From a virus (lineage: Duplodnaviria; Caudoviricetes), in IMG/VR virus record IMGVR_UViG_3300044825_001111, positions 1 through 50,963 of that record: a stretch of 50,963 nt of DNA, one strand, 5' to 3'. A model generated the notes under the pieces. The model ran no database searches and was not told the DNA's origin. It saw only the letters and a list, made by a program, of their open reading frames with translations. This document shows, one piece after another, positions 16,709 through 27,429 of the stretch; within the stretch, counting starts at the first letter, position 1, and every line of letters begins with the position of its first letter. A program made the position numbers and the translations under genes.

Positions 16709-17403
16709 AACCCGTTCCACATTGCCCCGGATACTTTGCGAGCGAGGACGGCCATATTTTTCGCAATGGCTCCCAGCGAAAGCCGCGCACGAACGGGCGC
16801 GGGTATCTCAGGATAAAGGTGTCAGTGAACAATGCGCAATGGGATGAGTACGTTCATCGCATGGTCTGTGCGGCCTATCATGGCCCATGCCCTGACGGCT
16901 TTGAGTGCCGCCACCTGGACGGCAATCGCCAGCACAACTCGCCCAGCAATCTGGAGTGGGCCGACAAAGCCACCAACGAACGGGACAAGATAATTCACGG
17001 AACCATTTTGAGCGGCGAACGCAATGGGCAGGCCGAACTAACTGACGCGATTGTGATAGAGGCCAGACGCCGCGCGGCAGCTGGTGAACGCATAGATCAT
17101 ATCGCCGCTTCATTTGGGGTTAACCGCCTCACGCTTGGACAGGCAATAGCAGGGAAGCGTTGGAAACATTTGCCCGGAGGGCTTGGGTCGTTTTCCACGA
17201 GGCGAAAGTTCAAGCCAGATGGCATTGTCAGGATCAGAAGGGAGTATGCGAGCGGTCGGCTTCAAAGGGACATCGCCGCCGAGTATGGCGTCAACCAAAC
17301 CGCCATTGGCGCAATTGTCAGGCGAGAGGCCTATCCTCATATCTCTGATGCGGCGGAGAACACCCACAGAAAGATCGACGCGCCGGAAAGGAAGAAGGCA
17401 TGA
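16705..17403 (+). CDS. NUMOD4-HNH endonuclease with C-terminal HTH repeats
   Basis: GYFASEDGHI...VHRMV..A...CRHLDGN..HN..SNLEW. Confidence 0.88.
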   Translation: MKPVPHCPGYFASEDGHIFRNGSQRKPRTNGRGYLRIKVSVNNAQWDEYVHRMVCAAYHGPCPDGFECRHLDGNRQHNSPSNLEWADKATNERDKIIHGTILSGERNGQAELTDAIVIEARRRAAAGERIDHIAASFGVNRLTLGQAIAGKRWKHLPGGLGSFSTRRKFKPDGIVRIRREYASGRLQRDIAAEYGVNQTAIGAIVRREAYPHISDAAENTHRKIDAPERKKA

Positions 17404-17624
17404 ACGGATGGCAACCGATTGAGACGGCACCGAGGGATGGGACACCCATCTTGCTCGGGCGCTTTGTCAAGAAATGCAAATATGGCCGCGCCAACATTCA
17501 GCGCGTCGATTGGTGGCGTCGTCCAGAGGACAAGCAGACTTATGTAGGATTTGGGCAGTTCAGCAGTTACTGGCCGCCAACCCACTGGATGCATTTGCCG
17601 CCGCCGCCAGAGGCAGCCCCATGA
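17400..17624 (+). CDS. DUF551-like protein
   Basis: WQPIETAPRDGT...PTHWMHLPPPP. Confidence 0.85.
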   Translation: MNGWQPIETAPRDGTPILLGRFVKKCKYGRANIQRVDWWRRPEDKQTYVGFGQFSSYWPPTHWMHLPPPPEAAP

Positions 17625-17665
17625 CCCTCATTCTGGGGCCAATCTGGGGCGGGAAGGTAGAAAGA

Positions 17666-17712
17666 TGGTCGGAGCGGCGGGATTCGAACCCGCGACCCCT
17701 ACCCCCCCCAGA
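17666..17712 (-). mobile_element. attP core: 3' half of a tRNA (Pro-like)
   Basis: Minus strand reads ...GGTAGGGGTCGCGGGTTCGAATCCCGCCGCTCCGACCA (T-arm, acceptor strand, CCA); no 5' half present. Confidence 0.8.
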
Positions 17713-17783
17713 CAGTGGATCAGGGGCTTGGCTCCCCGCACTATCGCTTACCGGCCTGAAACACTCATAGGAGAATCCCGCAC

Positions 17784-18107
17784 ATGACCCCTACACCCAC
17801 AACAAGACTGGACAAGCTATTTGCGAGCTACACCTTTGAGGGTGATGTTAGATTGGAGGTTCGGGTGCGCGGGGATTGCTTGATCCCCGCCCTTCAATCT
17901 GTTGTCAGTACCGAAGATGTACTGGAAATGCTCGAAATGCTCATTGCATTGAAGCGCAAGGAATTGGCGAAGTCCGCAAACACCCTCCAATCAGAGGGGC
18001 GACCTCAGGGGATGGGAGTAGGTCCGTTGTTCCCAAAGGCCGAATTTCTGGCGGCGGAGGCCGATAAGATCATAGATGACGCCCCGCCCCTACCCTTGAA
18101 ACCGTAA
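17784..18107 (+). CDS. Hypothetical protein
   Basis: AGGAG RBS, 107 aa. Confidence 0.6.
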   Translation: MTPTPTTRLDKLFASYTFEGDVRLEVRVRGDCLIPALQSVVSTEDVLEMLEMLIALKRKELAKSANTLQSEGRPQGMGVGPLFPKAEFLAAEADKIIDDAPPLPLKP

Positions 18108-18132
18108 CGGACTTTTGAAGGAGGCCCGCACT

Positions 18133-18438
18133 ATGAGACTGCATGAGCATGAGAAGATTGTGGAGGCGATGGCGAGGGCTTTACATAAGGCTTCATGGCA
18201 AGACGCCAGCGAAGAAATGTGGGCTAGATACCCGTCAGAACATCTAATGTATCTTGAAAGCGCCACCGCCGCCCTTGACGCCCTGCTGGATGCTGCTGTG
18301 CGGCTGAAAGTCAGCAGAGACACCACAGCTTACGCCTTTGCTGGCGATGAAGCATGGGGGGCAGGTCCGCCAGAGTTGGTTGTCGAAGATTGCTTCCCCG
18401 CCCTCATCCTTCGCCTGGAGGCCCGCGATGACGAATGA
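18133..18438 (+). CDS. Hypothetical protein
   Basis: AGGAGG RBS; VEAMARAL...ATAALDA. Confidence 0.7.
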   Translation: MRLHEHEKIVEAMARALHKASWQDASEEMWARYPSEHLMYLESATAALDALLDAAVRLKVSRDTTAYAFAGDEAWGAGPPELVVEDCFPALILRLEARDDE

Positions 18439-18718
18439 CGAGCCAATTCAAACTGTCCCGCCGATAGTTGATAACGTCGATTATGTCGCGGCGCATCTTG
18501 ATGTCATGGGCATGGAAGGTGCTGCCCGTTTGATCCGCCGCCTGCGGGATGAACGGGATCAGGCGAGAGCAGCACTGGCCCGGTTCGCAGACGCCAGCAG
18601 AAGTTATGCGGGTGGCGACTTTTCTGGCGATGACTACTGCGACGAAATGCAGACAATCAAGGTCGGCCACCTCCGCACCGCCGCCCGCGTCCATGCTGAG
18701 ACAGGAGAGAAGGGATGA
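18428..18718 (+). CDS. Hypothetical protein
   Basis: GGAGG RBS; MTNDEPIQT... Confidence 0.65.
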   Translation: MTNDEPIQTVPPIVDNVDYVAAHLDVMGMEGAARLIRRLRDERDQARAALARFADASRSYAGGDFSGDDYCDEMQTIKVGHLRTAARVHAETGEKG

Positions 18719-19323
18719 ACACCCGCCTGATCGGAGCCGTCGCCCTTATAGCCATTGCCTTTGGTGGTGGCATGACTGCCCGCCCCTATCTGGCCGCCCC
18801 ATTCAAGGAACACTCCCAAGCCGTCAGCGTCCGCGTAAGCCAGCAAGAGGGCCTGACCGCCCCCGTCGACTTGGTGATGTTCGGGGATAGCCTGACCGAT
18901 CAGGGCCGCTGGGACGAGCTGCTAGGCCTCAAGGTGGCGAACCGCGGCGTGGGCGGCGACACGGTCAAGATGGCTGCGCAGCGGGTTCACACCCTGCCAC
19001 CTGGCCCGGTTTACATCATGCTCGGCATCAATGACCTGAACTGGCTCCAGCGACCCCACGATCGTGTCCTGGCGGATTACGACGCGCTGCTCGCCAGCCT
19101 CAAGGGCCGCAAGATCGTGGTGCAATCGGTGCTCGGGCCGGAAGGTCTTGGGCTCCCGGAATTCAATGCCTCACTCAAGGCCCTGGCCGAGCGGCACGGC
19201 GCTGACTTTCTCGATCTCACTCCGCAGCTGGGATACCCGCTGAAACCCACCTATGACGGCATTCATCTGACCGGCGATGGATACCGCCTGTGGGCGAAGC
19301 AAATCTCAGGCAGCCTCCTTTAA
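18715..19323 (+). CDS. Exported SGNH/GDSL hydrolase (esterase)
   Basis: N-terminal hydrophobic segment; FGDSLT, NRGVGG, GIND, DGIH blocks. Confidence 0.9.
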   Translation: MNTRLIGAVALIAIAFGGGMTARPYLAAPFKEHSQAVSVRVSQQEGLTAPVDLVMFGDSLTDQGRWDELLGLKVANRGVGGDTVKMAAQRVHTLPPGPVYIMLGINDLNWLQRPHDRVLADYDALLASLKGRKIVVQSVLGPEGLGLPEFNASLKALAERHGADFLDLTPQLGYPLKPTYDGIHLTGDGYRLWAKQISGSLL

Positions 19324-21822
19324 GATTTTTCCCATCACTGGATAGTCCTCTTCGAGCAAGACGCGAGAGGCCAAGATGGTATCGCCGCGCAGCGATATGT
19401 AATTGTTGATGTTCGAGAAGTACGCGGTGCCACTGCTATTGATGTTGTCGAGCGCTACCTGGCCAGGGCCGATCGAGGATATGTCGTCGACAGCGGCGTC
19501 ATGAAGTCCGGTTTGGTCGATCAGGCGTTGCGTGCCGACAACAGAGACATTGCCCACAATGCGCTCGGGGATCCACATCCAGCATTTTACGTTGACCCCG
19601 GACGGATAGGGATTCCGGCGGACAGTTGGGAAGCCATCCAAAAACAGGCGACCGCCCGAGTGGGTGTAATTGAATGTGCCCGACGTCTGCTCGATGACAA
19701 GCATGCCAGACTGATTGAATGGAATTTCCTCACTGACCGGAAGATCGTTGCCAGTCGGTTCGCCTGTCGTTTCATCAATCTCAGGCTCAAATCCATTCTT
19801 GTAAACAATGCCGTTGCCAACAAAGACAAGTGCTCCGACGCCCTGCACTTCGAAGCCCGGCGCATTCGCCCCACTGGCAACGGGTGTGACGTTGTGCATC
19901 ACGATTATGTCGTCGCTGTCGAACAGGTCTTCTCGATCGGCCGCCGCTGAGACCGCGTCCTTGGCGTCGATATAGTCCTGCTCGGTGGGGAGGTATGGCG
20001 CCCGCCACCACTCGGGCCGGATGTTTACGCCATTGACCCTTGCAATTCCGGCGGTCACAACAGTGTCAGAGGGGCCGGTGACAATGTTCAGCAATTCATT
20101 GTCGGTGAACACCGACGGAGTATCAAGCCACAGATGCCCGGTCGTGCCATTGTCCGTGATTAACTTGATAACTCCCTTCCTTCCGGACGTCGCTCCCTTG
20201 ACCGTTGTCCCTAGTGTGAACGCTGCCGTCTGCTCATCAAAGAAGAGCTGAGTATTCTCCCACCGATATTCAGGATACTCAGGTGTTGGCGCCGCATTGG
20301 CAAGACGACGCACCACGCAATAGCTGTCGATCGCATTCTCGTTGCGCATGGCCCACACATGGGACATGAGCACCGGGAACTTGACCCAATAGGGATCGTC
20401 GGCGGTCTTGAACTCCGTCGGGTTCGCGGTTGCCGACATTTTCGCCGGTAGCGTTTCGATCTCGTACCAGATCACGAACAACCGCCTGTACATCGTCTTG
20501 TACCAGCCATCGGCCATGGCATCGATGCACGCTGCCACATTCTCAAGCGACCAGATGTGGAACTTGTTCTGCGGGTTCTCGAAGATCGCGAAGAGGTCAT
20601 CGACGGCCGGATCGTTGTTGAACACGTCGGCGAGAATGCGCGAGCGCGCGGTGGCGTAGGCATCTGCCGCTCCCGTCCGGCACTTGAGCAGGAGCGCATA
20701 GGTGCCGATGATATTGTACCCCCAATTCGCTGACCATTGGCCGTCGGCGGTTCGCGCTCCCGATGCGCGATAGCTGTCGTAACGGCTTACATAGTTCGAG
20801 CGCATCTGGCCATTCTTCATCGGCTGGCAAGTCGTGGCGACCGCGTCATCCCAATAATCGCGGATCGACATGAAGTCGTAGCGGTTGGAGTGAGCGGCGA
20901 CGAGAGCTTCATAGCTGCCATAACCAGCGCTGCCGAATTGAAGCGTGACCGAAACATAGAGGCCAGAATAGTCGCCCGCGATTGGCGGCTTTCGGTGTTG
21001 CGAGTAGGCGAGTATGCCAAGTTGCGCGATGGGATTTGCGGTTTGCGGGGGCAGCGTGTGAATGGCGTTCGTGCCAGTCCACACCTTGTCGACGACGTCC
21101 TTGCTGAAGCTGTAGACAGTATTTGAGTCCCAAACGTTCGTGTCGTCTGGATCAAAGGTCGTCCGAAACCATGTGCCGGCCGCCTCCGATGTGAAGCCGT
21201 CATAGAGAAGCCGTGCCGCAATCAACTCGACGAGCGTGTCGTATTCGGCCGGAGAAAGGCTGCCGCTCAAGTTAAGCGTCGGGGTCGCAGGGTTCCCGCC
21301 TTTTGCAAAGAGGTATTGCGGGTTCGCGTCGAAAAAGCTCTTGGTCGGTTCGCTTGTCCAGAAACTTGCCCACCGATGGCCGGCGGGCGCAGGGAAGCCG
21401 GAGTCCGCGGTGTTGGCGCACCCGTTCAACCATTGCCATTTGCGCAGCTGCTCATCGAAAACATTGAACTCGGAACTGTAGCCGCCGCTCCAATTCGACG
21501 CGTAGTTTCTGGAAACCTTCACACCGGCCGCCATCCACCAGGACTGCTTTGCGCCCGAGATATTGAAGTCAAGGGTGCTCGGGCGTCTGATGTAGTTGCC
21601 GACCGGCCCATAGTGCCGATAGCCGAGGGCATCCAGCATCGTCACCAGGCCGTGCTGCAGCGCGCGGAAGCTGCCAGCATTGACGGTGAAGGTGTCGACG
21701 CCGTTGCCGGAATAGGAGAACTCCGTATCGTTGTGACCAGCCGCCGTCTCGCTTGTTGTCAGTTGCGCGGATCCATCCACCGCCCGCAATTCATCGAGAT
21801 AGTCTGATGGAAGTGTGCCCAC
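19306..21822 (-). CDS. Large virion-associated protein, putative glycan hydrolase/tailspike
   Basis: 838 aa at end of tail module; N-terminal ALQHGLVTMLDALGYRHYGP resembles GH20/GH67-N plus DUF4838-type proteins. Confidence 0.55.
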   Translation of the reverse strand: MGTLPSDYLDELRAVDGSAQLTTSETAAGHNDTEFSYSGNGVDTFTVNAGSFRALQHGLVTMLDALGYRHYGPVGNYIRRPSTLDFNISGAKQSWWMAAGVKVSRNYASNWSGGYSSEFNVFDEQLRKWQWLNGCANTADSGFPAPAGHRWASFWTSEPTKSFFDANPQYLFAKGGNPATPTLNLSGSLSPAEYDTLVELIAARLLYDGFTSEAAGTWFRTTFDPDDTNVWDSNTVYSFSKDVVDKVWTGTNAIHTLPPQTANPIAQLGILAYSQHRKPPIAGDYSGLYVSVTLQFGSAGYGSYEALVAAHSNRYDFMSIRDYWDDAVATTCQPMKNGQMRSNYVSRYDSYRASGARTADGQWSANWGYNIIGTYALLLKCRTGAADAYATARSRILADVFNNDPAVDDLFAIFENPQNKFHIWSLENVAACIDAMADGWYKTMYRRLFVIWYEIETLPAKMSATANPTEFKTADDPYWVKFPVLMSHVWAMRNENAIDSYCVVRRLANAAPTPEYPEYRWENTQLFFDEQTAAFTLGTTVKGATSGRKGVIKLITDNGTTGHLWLDTPSVFTDNELLNIVTGPSDTVVTAGIARVNGVNIRPEWWRAPYLPTEQDYIDAKDAVSAAADREDLFDSDDIIVMHNVTPVASGANAPGFEVQGVGALVFVGNGIVYKNGFEPEIDETTGEPTGNDLPVSEEIPFNQSGMLVIEQTSGTFNYTHSGGRLFLDGFPTVRRNPYPSGVNVKCWMWIPERIVGNVSVVGTQRLIDQTGLHDAAVDDISSIGPGQVALDNINSSGTAYFSNINNYISLRGDTILASRVLLEEDYPVMGKILKEAA

Positions 21823-21825
21823 GGT

Positions 21826-23214
21826 TCAGTAGACTCCTTGATAGTCGTGGAACGCGATCTTGTGCAGGCCGGCGACGTTGATCACCGAGCTGCCCGTCGC
21901 GTCCGCCAGATATACCCCGAAAAGCCCGTTCAAGTCGTCGGTGCCATCGTCATAGAGATCGGCATCAAACTGCAAATACCAGAAGCCGTCTTCGAGCGGG
22001 ATTGCGATGTTGTTCGTGATCCGCGGGCTGACCGACGAGAACGCTCCGGTGTCGAGGTTGAACGACATGTTCGGGTTGATGGTGAGGTTTTGTGAAACAA
22101 ATCTGATCCAGGCATTCGGCGACGCCCACTGCAGCTTTTTGACGAAGAAGCGGAAGCGCGGCGCCGCGCTCAATATATCAAGGCTCCGGTAGATTCTGCA
22201 GATCGTGCTGACACCGCCAGGATTAGCCTCAAGCGTGAGGCCATTGGAGTTGCCGAGCGGATCGACTTGCGCTGTCCCGACGGTGATATTGCTGCTGACG
22301 ACCAAGCCGCCCGACAGCGCGCCGTCATGAGCGCCGCGCCACCTGACCGTTTCCGTCGCGGGCGTGGTGAAGTCATAGGTAATCTTGTTGCTGCGGTTGC
22401 CGTTCGCGTCGACCTGAATGATGTGAACCCGGTACGCGATCCCGCCTGTGAGGCCGGTGATGTTCGGGACCGAGACTCGCCCGGTCGCCGTGACCGTCTT
22501 GCTGACGAAGAAGGTCGCCCCGGTGCCCGCCACCACGTCGTCGTCCGAAGGCGAGGACGCGGCGGGATAGACCGCGACCTTGGAGGCGCCGGTCTGATCG
22601 TCGGTCAGCCACGAAGCGATGCCGGTGGTCTGCCCCTTAAACGTCGCAACCAGGCCCGACAGGATCGGCACGGCATCCGGTGTCGTGAAGGCGTAGGTCA
22701 CAACCGGCGCATAGTCGCCAGGCGTCGCGCTGCGCTTAACGGTCGACATTGCGATGTAACTGACCTCTTGCGTCAGACCGTTGATCGGCGGCGTACCATC
22801 GGTCAGCGTGGTCATTTCGAGCGACGTGCGGTGTAGCGTCGGCCCGGTGCCATTGACGGCCCAGTCTTCGAGCGTTTCCGGTGCCGGCGTCGCTGTGCCA
22901 GTCGGGACGACCACGAGGCTGAAGAAGCCGGGTGTGGCAGGCGGCCAGGTGATGGTCCAGCCCGCCCGTTTGCCGTCTGCGTGAGGGTTGACGACGAAGT
23001 TTGACAGCTCGGCGCCGGCCAGCGGCGTCAGCGCGCCAGTTGCAGACACCACCGCATCGGCAAGCACTGCGCCAAGGGCTCCAGTCTGCGGCAGTGGATC
23101 CAGCAGCCCGGCACCAGCCACCACCGCATCGTCTAAACCCAGCGACAGATCACCAACAATCGGCGGCGGCGGGGTCGGTCCTTCCAGGACGAGCGTGTAT
23201 TGCGCGAGAGGCAT
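21826..23214 (-). CDS. Tail-associated protein with two FN3/Ig-like repeats
   Basis: Repeated GLT...Y...TY.FTTP units followed by a beta-rich C-terminal domain. Confidence 0.65.
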   Translation of the reverse strand: MPLAQYTLVLEGPTPPPPIVGDLSLGLDDAVVAGAGLLDPLPQTGALGAVLADAVVSATGALTPLAGAELSNFVVNPHADGKRAGWTITWPPATPGFFSLVVVPTGTATPAPETLEDWAVNGTGPTLHRTSLEMTTLTDGTPPINGLTQEVSYIAMSTVKRSATPGDYAPVVTYAFTTPDAVPILSGLVATFKGQTTGIASWLTDDQTGASKVAVYPAASSPSDDDVVAGTGATFFVSKTVTATGRVSVPNITGLTGGIAYRVHIIQVDANGNRSNKITYDFTTPATETVRWRGAHDGALSGGLVVSSNITVGTAQVDPLGNSNGLTLEANPGGVSTICRIYRSLDILSAAPRFRFFVKKLQWASPNAWIRFVSQNLTINPNMSFNLDTGAFSSVSPRITNNIAIPLEDGFWYLQFDADLYDDGTDDLNGLFGVYLADATGSSVINVAGLHKIAFHDYQGVY

Positions 23215-23216
23215 CG

Positions 23217-23987
23217 TCAGGTGCCGTAGTGCGCTTTGCGGGCGTCGAGCCAGGTTTTCAACTCAGACAGGTGCGAGGTGATCCTGTCGCCTTTCCACAT
23301 GACGATTTCAAACACGGTGACGAAGTCGGTGGCATTCGCGGTCAGATCGCCAATGGTGCCGGAGTTGTTTCCGAGCCGCAGCCAGCCGCGGCTCGTGTCG
23401 ACGGGCGAGCCGCCGCCTCCGTACATGGGCGCCACAGCGTTTCCGTTGATAGAACTTGCAGTGAGCGCGGCGGTGGTCACCGATACCGCGTCGATCGTGC
23501 CGCGACTATTGCGGTCGCTCTGGTTCGTCGATGCGATGAAGGCCGAAACTGTATTGTTCGGAATGCCGGAAATCTGTGCGCCAGTGACTGCGGGAGTATT
23601 GGAACGCGCAGAGATCACGCTGGAGGACCGTACAAGATGAAAGGGTCTGGCATTCGACGAGACGGTCGCCTGCTTGCCGATCGTCATCGCATTAAGCGTG
23701 ACGTTGTTTGCAAAGGTTGGATAGAAGAGGATGCCAATGGTTCCCTGCCATCCAATCGGAACAAAGCATTTCCAATTGTGGGAATTGTCGAGCTTGAGTC
23801 CGCGGCGGGAATTCGACCCAGCCGTAGCGAACAGCGGCGTTCCATCCGTCTTGACCAAGGCGTTCCGCAAGCCGTAGCCCGCATGATCGAGAAAACGGGT
23901 GTCGCCGGAATCGTAGGCGGCACCGTCCGTGTCGTCGAGGCGCCACTCAGAGCAATAGCCGGGGATTGCCGCTGCTTCTGCTGTCAT
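23217..23987 (-). CDS. Tail-associated beta-sandwich (lectin-like) protein
   Basis: WRLDD start and EIVMW...L..W..HYG end typical of LamG-like tail domains. Confidence 0.55.
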   Translation of the reverse strand: MTAEAAAIPGYCSEWRLDDTDGAAYDSGDTRFLDHAGYGLRNALVKTDGTPLFATAGSNSRRGLKLDNSHNWKCFVPIGWQGTIGILFYPTFANNVTLNAMTIGKQATVSSNARPFHLVRSSSVISARSNTPAVTGAQISGIPNNTVSAFIASTNQSDRNSRGTIDAVSVTTAALTASSINGNAVAPMYGGGGSPVDTSRGWLRLGNNSGTIGDLTANATDFVTVFEIVMWKGDRITSHLSELKTWLDARKAHYGT

Positions 23988-25228
23988 TACGTCACCACGA
24001 TTTCTTGAGGGGTTGCCCACTCGTAGTGGGTGAAGGCGCCGTCGTAGACAGACGCCGCGCTGTAGCCGGCCCTTCTGATCTGCGACCCAGACCTGTTTGA
24101 CGCACCGCTGACGAGGCTCGCTGAAGTCGCCTGCATCGCAATCCGAAGCACCTGCGAGCCAGCGCCTGAAGGCGTCGACGCAAGGGTCAACGTCACGCCA
24201 TCTGATCCGAGCGCCACGGCGTTCGTGACCTGCACAGGCGAGCCATTGTCGATGTACTCAAAGCCTGTCGCATGAGCCAACGAGGTGTTGAGATTGGTGC
24301 CGAAGGTGGCGGCCCCGTCGATCGTGATGTTCTTGTTAAAGGTCACCGCGATCGACGCACCGGTGCGAACGGCGGTCAGCATTTTGAGCGGCGGTGCCGT
24401 GTCGCCGTCCTCGAACCACCGCTTGATGCGTAGCCCATAAGCCTCGCCGCGCTGAACGAATCCGAGCGGGGTCTGATGAATGCGGTCGGACTCGCTGTCG
24501 TAGGGGTAGCTCGGCCCGATCGACATGGCGTTGGGCACGTCCTCTGACAAACGAAGGATTGCCTTCTGGATGCCAACGGCATTGGCAATGACGGGCTGCA
24601 TTTGCATATGATGGGCGAACAGGATGGGTGGAACATAGCTCGGCCGACCGACAGCCTGGGCCGCGTAAAGCTGGAGCGCCGTGCAATAGTCCATTCCGTT
24701 GGCGTAGTATTGCGCTTCGCTGGTCGCGTCGGAGACGGCTTTCTCGCCGTGGTGATAGACGAACACATAGTCGAGCTCGTGGCCATCAGCTGCAGCGAAT
24801 GCCGCGAACCGCTCGATGATTGCAAGCGTCGTGGCCATCGGACCACCACCTGCGAGGACTTCGAGGTTTCGGGAGCCGATAGCGACGGACGCCATGTAGC
24901 CCTTCACATGGGTCGACGGCAGGCCGATGAGATCCAGGCCACCGCCCGGCCCCTGGATCGTGCCCTCTTCGGCGTAGGTTGCAGCCGTTGCGGCGTCAGA
25001 CCAATGCAGCGTGTTTTCCTCGTTGCTGCCGCCGCTCGCTGGGTCAAACAACCAGTGCGGGCTTGCGCAACCGCCAACAGGCATATTCATGGGACCGCTG
25101 CTCGTGCCGGTTAGGCGCGAGGAACCCCTAGGCCGATTGTTCGACTGCCCGACAAGGATGATCGCCAGCGCCCTCGGCGTCGGCGGTGTCGTCCGCATGA
25201 AGCCGCCGATTGAGAACGGAAACGTCAT
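23987..25228 (-). CDS. Sialate O-acetylesterase-like (SASA/SGNH) tail protein
   Basis: [17 protein letters not shown] motifs. Confidence 0.75.
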   Translation of the reverse strand: MTFPFSIGGFMRTTPPTPRALAIILVGQSNNRPRGSSRLTGTSSGPMNMPVGGCASPHWLFDPASGGSNEENTLHWSDAATAATYAEEGTIQGPGGGLDLIGLPSTHVKGYMASVAIGSRNLEVLAGGGPMATTLAIIERFAAFAAADGHELDYVFVYHHGEKAVSDATSEAQYYANGMDYCTALQLYAAQAVGRPSYVPPILFAHHMQMQPVIANAVGIQKAILRLSEDVPNAMSIGPSYPYDSESDRIHQTPLGFVQRGEAYGLRIKRWFEDGDTAPPLKMLTAVRTGASIAVTFNKNITIDGAATFGTNLNTSLAHATGFEYIDNGSPVQVTNAVALGSDGVTLTLASTPSGAGSQVLRIAMQATSASLVSGASNRSGSQIRRAGYSAASVYDGAFTHYEWATPQEIVVT

Positions 25229-26520
25229 TGCATTGCCACCACGTTGAGAAGGGAGCCAGTGTCGCCGACATGAATGAAGCACTTGAATTCATGTCCGTTG
25301 GTCGTCGTGAAGGAGTCGCCGCTGACCTTGGTAAAGCCCGAGGTCGTGATCGCACCGGCCGAAGCGCCGTTCGTGATCTCGACCGTGAGAGACGTGGCGC
25401 GGCCCGCGGTCACCGTCGGCGGCGCCAGGGTGTGCGCACCATTGTTCGTATACTTGTGCTCGTTGCCGTTGGCGAAGGCTGGCGTCACCGTGCCGGACGA
25501 CACGACGCCGGCCGTGCCATAAGTGTTGTACTGCGTTGACGAGAAGCCTGCGGTCAGGTTCGCGGAAACGTCCGACTTGAGCGTGTCGGCATCGTAGGCC
25601 TGCACGTCGGTTCCGATCACGAGGCCCAGGGTCGTCCGCCCGGCCGCCGCATCTGCGTCGTCGACCAAGCTGCGGCCGAACGACGTGAACGTGGCGAGGG
25701 CCGCAGTCCCAGAGCCGGTGAAGTATGGCAAGCGGTCGGCAGCACTGGTGAGGCCCGCGATTGCGGCGAGTTCCGCGTCATAGGCCTGCACGTTGGTTCC
25801 GATGACCAGCCCCAGCGTGGTCCGCTGCGCTGCGGCGTCGGCATCATCCAGAAGTGCCCGGCCGGCGGCGGTGAAGGTCGCCAGGGCGGCCGTGCCGGCT
25901 CCGGTGAAGTACGGCAGGCGATCCGCGGCGGACGTCAGCCCGGCAATAGCTGCCAGCTCTGCGTCGTATGCCTGGACGTCCGTACCGATGACAAGTCCGA
26001 GCGTGGTGCGGGCAGCCGATGCGCTCGCGTCGTCGATCAGGGTTCGCCCGTAGGCCGACAGCGTGGTCAGCGCCGCCGAACCCGCGCCGGTGAAGTATGG
26101 GAGCTGATCTGCCGCCGACACCAGGCCGGACAGCGCGGAGAGTTCGGCGTCCTGTGCCTGCACGTTGGTGCCAATAACCAGGCCGAGGGTCGTCCGCATG
26201 GCCGAGGCGTCGGCGTCGTCCATGACCGTGAGCGCGAAGGCCGAGGCGGCGCTGGCGTCAAGCTTGGCGTTGAGCGCCGAGGAAAGGTCGGTCTGCGAGG
26301 CAATGCTGCCGGTGATCGTGCCCCATGCCGCGCTGCCGCCACCGCCGCCGCCACCGCCGACGACGAAGTAGCCGAGAGACGCCCAGGCCGTGACGCCGTC
26401 GCCGATCTTGAACTTGCCCGAGTCGGTCTCGTAACCATGCTCACCCGATGCGAGAATCGGGTTGGCCGAGGTCCAGTTCGCGGTTGTGTCGCGGCGAACT
26501 TGTAGACGGATGAATGACAT
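25225..26520 (-). CDS. Tail fibre with Mtd-type N-terminal domain and 62-aa repeats
   Basis: [39 protein letters not shown]; repeated [34 protein letters not shown]. Confidence 0.85.
   Translation of the reverse strand: MSFIRLQVRRDTTANWTSANPILASGEHGYETDSGKFKIGDGVTAWASLGYFVVGGGGGGGGSAAWGTITGSIASQTDLSSALNAKLDASAASAFALTVMDDADASAMRTTLGLVIGTNVQAQDAELSALSGLVSAADQLPYFTGAGSAALTTLSAYGRTLIDDASASAARTTLGLVIGTDVQAYDAELAAIAGLTSAADRLPYFTGAGTAALATFTAAGRALLDDADAAAQRTTLGLVIGTNVQAYDAELAAIAGLTSAADRLPYFTGSGTAALATFTSFGRSLVDDADAAAGRTTLGLVIGTDVQAYDADTLKSDVSANLTAGFSSTQYNTYGTAGVVSSGTVTPAFANGNEHKYTNNGAHTLAPPTVTAGRATSLTVEITNGASAGAITTSGFTKVSGDSFTTTNGHEFKCFIHVGDTGSLLNVVAMQ
25585..26230 (-). repeat. Three-and-a-half tandem 186-nt coding repeats in the tail fibre
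   Basis: LGLVIGT(N/D)VQA occurs four times at 62-aa spacing. Confidence 0.85.
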
Positions 26521-27056
26521 TACGAGGATCCTCCGAGAGTAAGCCCAGGGTTGCCGTTGCCGAGATCCCAAAGCGGGATGCTGGTGAAATCAGTTGCCGC
26601 GGAGCCGGCATCAAATGACGTGATGCCGTCGCTGGTGCCGCCGACGATGATCGGCAGGACCACGGCCGCGTTGACCGTGCGGGTCCGGTTGCCGTCCATT
26701 TTCAAGTATGTCTCGCGGTCGCCGGGCGAGCCGATCAGCAGGGTGCCCTCGGCCGTCCAGATGTCGTCGGTCAGGTCGCGGAACAGGTGGAGGCGGTAGA
26801 CGCCCGCGCGCACACCCGCGTGCTGCACCTCCGTCGCCGTAAGCCTCAGAATGCCGGTCGCCGCATTGGTCGTCTCGATCAGCCCCTCGTCGGCCGCCGC
26901 GCCGACGCTGCGGAAAGTGAAGACCAGGACCCCGTTGTTGTAGACCTCGGCGACATACTCGGCACCCGACAGGTTGATCGCCGCGCCAGCCGCGTCGACA
27001 AAGGTGATCGGCACCGACCACAGCGTGTCAGTGTAAAGGCCATGATTTAGAGGCAT
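26520..27056 (-). CDS. Baseplate/fibre attachment protein (BppU-like)
   Basis: [19 protein letters not shown]...G.Y..L...EG pattern. Confidence 0.6.
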   Translation of the reverse strand: MPLNHGLYTDTLWSVPITFVDAAGAAINLSGAEYVAEVYNNGVLVFTFRSVGAAADEGLIETTNAATGILRLTATEVQHAGVRAGVYRLHLFRDLTDDIWTAEGTLLIGSPGDRETYLKMDGNRTRTVNAAVVLPIIVGGTSDGITSFDAGSAATDFTSIPLWDLGNGNPGLTLGGSS

Positions 27057-27060
27057 TGTG

Positions 27061-27429
27061 CTACTTTCTGAAAGTGGCGGTCAGAAACATTCCGGCGAAG
27101 ATCGTCGCCATGAGACCGGCCTCGGCAACCGGAAGAGCGGCCACAGTCCCGTCGAGGTTCCAGATCGAGTCGACGACGATGGACAGGAAGTAGACGACGG
27201 CCGTCATTTCGGCCAGGAACCGCGGAACCCACGCGACCGGGTGCCCGAGCTGCAGCTTGACGATCTGCGCCTGCTCCTGCCGGGTGGCGAGCTCGGCCTT
27301 GATCTCCGAGATCGTGACCTCGGTCTTCAGCTTCTCGCGGTCGTTCTCGATCGCCGCCCGCTTTTCGAGGTGGCCCAGGACGGAGGTCAGGACGCCCCCG
27401 CCCAGCCAGTTCAGGATCATGGCGAGCAT
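27061..27429 (-). CDS. Membrane protein of the lysis region (holin-like)
   Basis: Hydrophobic N-terminus, charged coiled coil, two C-terminal TM segments. Confidence 0.65.
   Translation of the reverse strand: MLAMILNWLGGGVLTSVLGHLEKRAAIENDREKLKTEVTISEIKAELATRQEQAQIVKLQLGHPVAWVPRFLAEMTAVVYFLSIVVDSIWNLDGTVAALPVAEAGLMATIFAGMFLTATFRK

Noticed and set aside
17666-17740. Complete tRNA gene
   Set aside because: Only the 3' half is present; no matching 5' acceptor strand or D-arm.
25225-26520. Diversity-generating retroelement suggested by the Mtd-like N-terminus
   Set aside because: No reverse transcriptase and no TR/VR pair seen; the repeats are in-frame structural repeats.
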